A stretch of DNA of 64,000 bases, taken from the NCBI GenBank assembly GCA_964489545.1, contig CAZAZE010000003.1, positions 249,527 to 313,526 of the forward strand, read 5' to 3'. Within the stretch, counting starts at the first letter, position 1, and each line of letters starts with the position of its first letter. A program made the translations under genes and the position numbers. The notes under the pieces are model-generated. The model was not told the DNA's origin and did not search any database. It saw only the letters and a program-made list of their open reading frames with translations. Positions 58,102 to 64,000 of the stretch are shown piece after piece. Source of the stretch: an uncultured Bacteroidales bacterium (GTDB lineage Bacteria; Bacteroidota; Bacteroidia; Bacteroidales; JAGOPY01).

Positions 58102-58977
58102 TTATTCTGAATTTAAGTTATAAACTCCTGCAGACAAATTGATGACAGATATCTTATTCTTGTGACTCATGGTATCTGAAATGCTTGTCATTTCATACCA
58201 TTTGAGTAATCGCTCCAGCTTATCCATGGAAGAGCGTGTCCCGGGCAAAAAGCGCAATCGTTCTGCAGCGGTGAATTCTCTGACCTCATGCACTTGTTCA
58301 TCCAGGTCCCGCGGATGGAAATACAGCATATGGTATCCGGGTTGTGCAAGCTTCCCTTTGACAAAAGTGAAAGGCAGGAGCCGGAAATAACCGCTTCCGG
58401 CATATGGAAAACGGCGGAAAAAAAGACAGAACGTGCTGACGGGGAAATAGACCAGGGATGATCCTGCGGGACCGAATGAAAAAGGTTGGTTTGGTAACCG
58501 GATCCCCTGATACCGAACCCCGGACATGATGGAACTATCGTATTGAATGCCGGCTCCGATCAATGATTCTACCGCATGGCCTGAAACCGGAAAGAGGGTG
58601 AAAGCCGGCGCCCGGTAACTGACCACTTTCCGGCCGGTAATCTCCTCAAGAATTGCGATGTTGCGGTGCAGGTCCTCGCGGAAATCAGCCAGCGTCTGCC
58701 GGTGCACCTGTTCATGCCAGTGGGAATGCGCAGCCACTTCATGCCCCGCTGAACTGATCTCCCGGATCAGCTCAGGATATTTGGAGGCCACCCAGCCGAG
58801 GCAAAAAAAAGTAGCCCGGGCATTGTGGCGTTCCAGCAGTTCCAGGATTGCATAGGTGATTCCCGGCAGGCGCACCGGAAGAGTATCCCAGTTATTTCTT
58901 TGCAGAAGGGGGTTCCGGCCGAAGATATGAAACCATTCTTCAAAGTCAAAGCTCAATATACGCAGGTCTGTTCCCAT
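58102..58977 (-). CDS. Polysaccharide deacetylase with a DUF3473-like C-terminus
   Basis: LSFDFEEWF, ATFFCLGW, GHEVAAHS, YRAPAF, GSGYFRLLP, YFHPRD. Confidence 0.85.
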   Translation of the reverse strand: MGTDLRILSFDFEEWFHIFGRNPLLQRNNWDTLPVRLPGITYAILELLERHNARATFFCLGWVASKYPELIREISSAGHEVAAHSHWHEQVHRQTLADFREDLHRNIAILEEITGRKVVSYRAPAFTLFPVSGHAVESLIGAGIQYDSSIMSGVRYQGIRLPNQPFSFGPAGSSLVYFPVSTFCLFFRRFPYAGSGYFRLLPFTFVKGKLAQPGYHMLYFHPRDLDEQVHEVREFTAAERLRFLPGTRSSMDKLERLLKWYEMTSISDTMSHKNKISVINLSAGVYNLNSE

Positions 58978-58986
58978 ATCCTTTGT

Positions 58987-60360
58987 TTAATAGACCCATT
59001 TGGCCAGGTAGCCGCCCAGGCGCCGGCGAAGAAACCAGGGAAGGAATTTCCACAGCTTGTGCAGCCATTTGTGCCTGCGCAGGTTGATTTTTTGCGCCGG
59101 GAAATGTGACCATAAGAGCGGAACCTCAGTGGTGCCCCATTGCATCTTAAACCGATGGACGCCGCCGCCGGTCGTGCTTCTGCCGAAGCTGTATGTGTGG
59201 CAGCGGAGGCTGATCGCATGGCTGATCATGGCATGGTGCATCACATAGGAAGCATACAACCCCTGGACAGAATGCAGCGTGGCAAACCAGCCGTTTTCAT
59301 AAAAACCCTGGTGCACAAGATTAAAGGCGCCTCCGACCACCCGGCCGTTGTGGCGCAGAATGAAAATATGGCAAGTCCCCGGGGCGCTTTTTTGAAGCAG
59401 GGCCTCAAAAAAACGCCTGGGCAGGGCGACTGATCCCAGGTGATCCAGGTGCCGGGCATATACCTGCCAGAATTCATGGATCAGGCCAATGCCGCCTTTC
59501 TCAACGATAAAACCGTTATGCTGGCCTCTTCTGATCTTTCGCCTGAGATTAGAGGAAAAATTTTGCATCTGCGCTTCCATACTGCCCGAAAGCCTCAACC
59601 AGGATGCTATCTTTGAATTTTCCTGCAGCGGATCCCGCCACGCCAGCCTGATCTCCATCTGGGCAATGTTCCGGGGCAGTGCAAACCCGGCCAGGATGGA
59701 TTTCCAGTTGTCGGCTGAAATATCTTTTCCTGTATTGTTCTGTACATTTCCATAAGAGAAATGAGGCAAAGAGACCAGACTTTTGCCTGTGCACACCATA
59801 TCCAGGGTAATCCCTTCCATGGGCTGTAACTGTAAGGCTTTCCAGCCAAAACTACCGGCAATGATCTGGTTGAGCCCGGGCAGGTTCCCGATCGTCATCG
59901 CCGGGACGAAAGAGGTGCCGGGCTCATGTTCCTTGAGATCTGAATTGTCTTTGCCGGTCGTGTTGGTGCGGGCGGCCATTGCCATCAGGCTGCAGTTACA
60001 GTTCTTATAGGCCCTGCGGGTATGCAGCAGGATTCCGGCGATCGCACCGGCGCTGCCCGAAATCAGGTCGAAATAGGTCAGGTACCGGTTGAGTTTGGGT
60101 AACAGGCCCTGTATATAGCCCATCCAGGCCAGGTGCGCCAGCGCCATGACGAATATCCACGGCGCCAGGTTGCGCCACCTCAAGGGACAGCCACCCAGGA
60201 CCGAAAGCGCAAGCCAGGTGAACAATCCATAACCGATAAAATGGATCAGGAGATCGAATCCGCTGACATGGTCCCATGGAAGAAGCCGTGCCGGCAGGAA
60301 ATAATATGCGGTCAGAAGCAGCAAATAGAGCAGGCTCAGGCGCAAATAATTCTTTTTCAT
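58987..60360 (-). CDS. VanZ-like membrane domain fused to a FemAB-like GNAT domain
   Basis: N-terminal four TM with DLLIH...YIQ...FD; C-terminal LVSLPHFSYG, LRRKIRRG, FWQVYARH, YSFGRST, RFKMQWG. Confidence 0.7.
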   Translation of the reverse strand: MKKNYLRLSLLYLLLLTAYYFLPARLLPWDHVSGFDLLIHFIGYGLFTWLALSVLGGCPLRWRNLAPWIFVMALAHLAWMGYIQGLLPKLNRYLTYFDLISGSAGAIAGILLHTRRAYKNCNCSLMAMAARTNTTGKDNSDLKEHEPGTSFVPAMTIGNLPGLNQIIAGSFGWKALQLQPMEGITLDMVCTGKSLVSLPHFSYGNVQNNTGKDISADNWKSILAGFALPRNIAQMEIRLAWRDPLQENSKIASWLRLSGSMEAQMQNFSSNLRRKIRRGQHNGFIVEKGGIGLIHEFWQVYARHLDHLGSVALPRRFFEALLQKSAPGTCHIFILRHNGRVVGGAFNLVHQGFYENGWFATLHSVQGLYASYVMHHAMISHAISLRCHTYSFGRSTTGGGVHRFKMQWGTTEVPLLWSHFPAQKINLRRHKWLHKLWKFLPWFLRRRLGGYLAKWVY

Positions 60361-60722
60361 GTCTTTATGATCCCTCTGCTAATGAGCAGTTTCCAGAGGA
60401 TCCAGCCAGGCAGGAATCCAATGACGTTGGCCAGCACGTCCAGCAGGTCGAACGACCGGCCCGCCGGACCATATTGCTGGATTATTTCCAGTATGATGCC
60501 CCACAAAGTCACCAGGAGCAGCGGGATGAACTGCCGGGGCCCGGTCAGCCTGTCGTGCCAGGCCCAGAGCATCAGGAAGGTGAACCCCGCGTACATCCCG
60601 GCGTGGATCAGTTTATCAGCATGAAGAAAAAGCGGCAAGTCCGGTAAAGCATCCGAAGGCCAGAGACTCAGCGCAGTGATCAGGATGAGATAGAGAAAAA
60701 AGATCGCTTTTTTGATCATCAC
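60357..60722 (-). CDS. VanZ family protein
   Basis: DKLIHAGMY, LEIIQ, GRSFDLLDVLANVIG. Confidence 0.88.
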   Translation of the reverse strand: MMIKKAIFFLYLILITALSLWPSDALPDLPLFLHADKLIHAGMYAGFTFLMLWAWHDRLTGPRQFIPLLLVTLWGIILEIIQQYGPAGRSFDLLDVLANVIGFLPGWILWKLLISRGIIKT

Positions 60723-61927
60723 ATCTTCTGGTCAAGGTTCTTTCCGGTTTCCACGTGCTGAAAAGTAGGGATGAATTCGCTCATCACACGGACGATATCT
60801 GCTTTGTTGAGATTTGGGGCGCTAAGAACGTTAGTCAGCTTGCCGATCATGGCATGTATCTCTGCGAGCGACCGGCGGGGGGCGTTTTTGATGACCCCCA
60901 GGGAATGATAGGTTTCCAGGTCAATCCGTTCGTCTCCGGTGTAAAACTCCTCATAAGCTTTCTCCCCCGATGTATCGGACCGGAAGTAATAAACCGGCCA
61001 GTACTTTGTATCCTGCGGCATGCGGGCGGCATATTCCTTCGCTCCCTCCTCGGTATCAAAGGGGATCACTTCCATTCCCAGCGATCTTACAAATTCTTCG
61101 GTAATATCGTAAAAGGAGGTGAGTTGGTCTTCCTGCAGCTTCGGGAAGAAAATTTCTCCGGTCGAGCCCAGCATACAAGCCAGCATACAGATCTGCCCGG
61201 ATTCATCGGGCGAGACAAAGTAGCGTTTTACATCGGTAGGGACGGAGAACGGCTGGCGCCTCATCAGCCGGTTCATGAACCCGTCGAGCAGACTGCCGTT
61301 TGAGAAAGCGACATTGGCAAAACGTGCCGTCGTTACCGGGAAATAATTGGCATAGGCCATGATCATCTCTTCCATGATCTTCTTGCTGGCCCCCATGATG
61401 TTCACCGGATTTGCCGCTTTGTCGGTCGATACGCAGAAAAAATGTTGCGGTGGGTGCTGCTTGAGGAACGCCAGGAATTTCTCCGCGCGGATCACGTTGT
61501 TTTCCAGCAGCGCGGTGATGCTGTAATGGTCCTTTTCACTGCGGACATGCTTGTGCGCCGCGAAATTGGCCACGATATCAAACGTGCCTTCCTTTTCAAA
61601 AAGCCGGTAAAAAACGTTGTCGTTGAAATTGATCGGGTAGGTCTTGTACTCATCGGGCACATAACCGCCATGAGCACTTCGAAGATCGCGCGTCAGTTCG
61701 GTCAGGCCGTTTTCACTGATATCGGCAACATAAAGCCGGGAGGGATGGTATTTCAGCACCGACCGGATGTAAGAAGAACCGATCGTGCCTGCGCCCCCGA
61801 TGACCAGGACGGATTTGCCGGAAATAGCCTGTAAAAGTGCATCATGGTGCCTTTGCAGGTCCTGGCTGAAGAAGCTTTCGCCCCGGTTGGTGATGTGCTC
61901 CTGGATAAATGTATTAATATCGATCAT
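60719..61927 (-). CDS. Polysaccharide biosynthesis protein (CapD-like UDP-sugar 4,6-dehydratase)
   Basis: VIGGAGTIGS, FAAHKHV, VSTDKAANPVNIMGASK, RFANV. Confidence 0.88.
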   Translation of the reverse strand: MIDINTFIQEHITNRGESFFSQDLQRHHDALLQAISGKSVLVIGGAGTIGSSYIRSVLKYHPSRLYVADISENGLTELTRDLRSAHGGYVPDEYKTYPINFNDNVFYRLFEKEGTFDIVANFAAHKHVRSEKDHYSITALLENNVIRAEKFLAFLKQHPPQHFFCVSTDKAANPVNIMGASKKIMEEMIMAYANYFPVTTARFANVAFSNGSLLDGFMNRLMRRQPFSVPTDVKRYFVSPDESGQICMLACMLGSTGEIFFPKLQEDQLTSFYDITEEFVRSLGMEVIPFDTEEGAKEYAARMPQDTKYWPVYYFRSDTSGEKAYEEFYTGDERIDLETYHSLGVIKNAPRRSLAEIHAMIGKLTNVLSAPNLNKADIVRVMSEFIPTFQHVETGKNLDQKM

Positions 61928-61946
61928 ATATAATGGAATTAAATTG

Positions 61947-62630
61947 CTATTCCGGCTGCCCCGGCAAATGGGGCTTTTCCGGCAGGTCTTTAAAGATTCT
62001 GAAAACTAAATTACTATTAGGTGCAATAATTGCCCAGGCCGTAAGGAAGATCAGCATAAAATCAGTATAAAAAGAGATATGATTTTGGTACCATAGTTCC
62101 AGTTCTCCTTTATAGGGCGCAATATGTTTTCTATGGTATTCCTCCAATGGCATTTTTTTATCAGATATAAGTTTTTCCTCATCTCTGAATACAACTGAGC
62201 CGATTCCGGTAAGCCCCGGCTTAACATTGTTAATCACCTGCTTGACATGCTCCGGATAGTAGGCAAAGGTTTTGTCTACAAGTGGCCTGGGGCCCACAAT
62301 ACTCATATCACCGATGAGGATATTAATCAATTGAGGCAGCTCATTTATTTTGGTATGCCTTAAAAAGCCGCCCATCGGTAATATTCGAGGGTCTTTTTTG
62401 GTTGTGTGCAAACCTGTACCCATATTTGGACTTTCCTTGAGCATGGTCGCGAATTTCCAGATATAAAAGTATTTGTTTTTATAGCCAATGCGCTTCTGGA
62501 AGTAAAAGACATAATGCTCCCCCGTCAATAATAATCCAATACATACCGGGATTAATAACGGGGAAATGACGATCAATGCAATAAAAGCCAGGATGAGATC
62601 GATGATGCGCTTAAAAAAATACCGGTACAT
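61947..62630 (-). CDS. Bacterial sugar transferase (phosphoglycosyl transferase)
   Basis: KRIIDLI, WKFATM, GGFLRHTKINELPQLIN, SIVGPRP, KPGLTG. Confidence 0.92.
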   Translation of the reverse strand: MYRYFFKRIIDLILAFIALIVISPLLIPVCIGLLLTGEHYVFYFQKRIGYKNKYFYIWKFATMLKESPNMGTGLHTTKKDPRILPMGGFLRHTKINELPQLINILIGDMSIVGPRPLVDKTFAYYPEHVKQVINNVKPGLTGIGSVVFRDEEKLISDKKMPLEEYHRKHIAPYKGELELWYQNHISFYTDFMLIFLTAWAIIAPNSNLVFRIFKDLPEKPHLPGQPE

Positions 62631-62655
62631 ATGATTAGAGTTCGAAGGTTTATTT

Positions 62656-63654
62656 TTATTTCCGAAATGATTCGAGTGTTTTTTTCATCCCGGCAATGGC
62701 TGTGACCGGGAATCTATCTATGTTTAGAGCATGTTTAATCTTTTGATTTGAGACAACGTACGACTCAGTTAATTTTCGCAATCGTTCGCTGTTTAATGGC
62801 AGATGAAAGAAATCACCGGCCCGGGCAATAACTTTAATTGAATTTACGGGAAGATGCCAGATCCTTGCTTTTTTATCTTGTGATAAAGCCATTAATCCAA
62901 TCAGCTCATTGGTAGATAAAGCTTCATCATCAGCAACCTGGTAAATGCCAGGTTCAAGATCTTCATTTATTAACTGTTGAACTACAAATAAAATATTATC
63001 GATGGAGCAGAAGGATCTTTTATTCTCAAAAGCCCCTAATGGCCAGGGAAGACCTTTTTCCTGCATTTTATATAGGAGATTTAAATTTCCTTTGTTCCCG
63101 GGACCATGGATCATGCAAGGCCTCAATATATATACCTTCTTTTCGTTGGGGCCTGTGCCTTTTGCACGATCGTTTAATCTGTCTGTGGTTCTGTCGCGTT
63201 CTTCTTTCCACTGTTGCCATTCTTTCAGTATGTATTTTTCCGCCTCTAATTTGGATTTGCCATAGGGCGTCAGCGGATTTGGTGTGATTTCTTCAATAAG
63301 CTGATCCCCCCTTACCGAATCAGCCACCGCTTTAACCGAGCTAAAAAAGATGAACTTTGAGGCGGATGACCGAAGAAAATGCTGGAATATTTGTTTTGTC
63401 AGATTCACATTGACTTCAATATATTCTTGCCCGGATGATGTGTTTTTGGTGTCATGGGCTTTCCCGGCCAAATGTATGATTGTGTCTGTGGCAGGTACTT
63501 TATTAAGATCGTCCCAATTATAAAACATCTTATGAGGAATAAAGTCTTTGTGATAAAGATCCAGTCCAAAAATTTGAAAATCATCATTTAAATACTTATA
63601 TAGATTAATACCTACAAAGCCATTTATACCAGTAATTAAGATAAATTTACTCAT
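62656..63654 (-). CDS. NAD-dependent epimerase/dehydratase
   Basis: ILITGINGFVG, IHLAGKAH, FSSVKA, YGKSK, LRPCMIHG. Confidence 0.9.
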   Translation of the reverse strand: MSKFILITGINGFVGINLYKYLNDDFQIFGLDLYHKDFIPHKMFYNWDDLNKVPATDTIIHLAGKAHDTKNTSSGQEYIEVNVNLTKQIFQHFLRSSASKFIFFSSVKAVADSVRGDQLIEEITPNPLTPYGKSKLEAEKYILKEWQQWKEERDRTTDRLNDRAKGTGPNEKKVYILRPCMIHGPGNKGNLNLLYKMQEKGLPWPLGAFENKRSFCSIDNILFVVQQLINEDLEPGIYQVADDEALSTNELIGLMALSQDKKARIWHLPVNSIKVIARAGDFFHLPLNSERLRKLTESYVVSNQKIKHALNIDRFPVTAIAGMKKTLESFRK

Positions 63655-64000
63655 AAAGCGCGAAAGTTTTTTCAATTACCATTTTGAGGGAAAATTCTCT
63701 TTCGGCTTTAATACGTGAAGCTTTACCCATTTCTTTCATCAATAAAGGATCATCTATTAATTCAGCCATCTTATCAGCTAATCTATTTGGATTACCAACA
63801 GGGACAAGAAAACCATTGATGCCATCATCAACACATTCCCTACACCCGACTGTATCAGTAGTTATAATGGGTAATCCAACCGCCGCAGCTTCTATTAAGG
63901 ATTTTGGCAGACCTTCTCTATAGGAAGGGAAAACCATGACATCCGCATCTTGCAATAATTCAAGGATGTCATCTCTTGGTCCAAGCCATTGAATATTTGT
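63647..64000 (-). CDS. Glycosyltransferase family 4, C-terminal part (partial)
   Basis: FPSYREGLPKSLIEAAAVGLPIITTDTVGCRECV; the start lies beyond the window. Confidence 0.88.
   Translation of the reverse strand, partial: TNIQWLGPRDDILELLQDADVMVFPSYREGLPKSLIEAAAVGLPIITTDTVGCRECVDDGINGFLVPVGNPNRLADKMAELIDDPLLMKEMGKASRIKAEREFSLKMVIEKTFALYE

Noticed and set aside
60357-60722. VanZ as evidence of glycopeptide resistance
   Set aside because: VanZ-like proteins are common in EPS loci, and no van cluster genes are present.
68-63955. Numerous long antisense or overlapping ORFs in the track (e.g. 13020-14336, 19368-20894, 26973-28052, 37742-38863)
   Set aside because: They are shadow ORFs opposite well-supported genes in GC-rich sequence, with no recognisable motifs.

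Overview
A moderately GC-rich chromosomal segment of a Bacteroidota bacterium, probably an anaerobic Bacteroidales. The assignment rests on TAnnTTTG -7 promoter elements, gldH, a RemB-like barrel, BlaI/M56-TonB and DUF362-ferredoxin genes. Most of it is housekeeping or envelope: a MacAB-TolC-type exporter operon, hemW, recJ, purH, mreBCD, rpiB, nadA, rnr, comF, asd, ribF, rnhA, a PatB-type aminotransferase, a C69 dipeptidase, two exosortase-family genes and the end of an EPS/LPS locus. No rRNA, tRNA, CRISPR array, transposase, integrase or reverse transcriptase was seen. The main candidate for an undescribed system is a pair of AT-rich four-helix-bundle (TIGR02436/PF05635, IVS/Avd-like) genes at 46121-46510 and 52289-52660. 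Each sits between two mutually inverted arrays of 8-bp tandem repeats with a cassette-specific unit (GTTCCAGG vs GACTGTAG). The two genes share a 23/24-nt leader motif and lie at or within about 10 bp of neighbouring gene boundaries. ORF-less hairpins of similar architecture occur at 10285-10346 and 12829-12922, and a single arm at 54521-54560. The shared leader belongs to a bipartite GGGTAT-N14/15-CGGATWAA motif also found upstream of recJ, comF and a lamin-tail surface protein. Other notable items are an oriC-like AT-rich rpiB-nadA spacer, three BlaI-type operators and a VanZ-FemAB fusion. All calls were made by eye without database searches.
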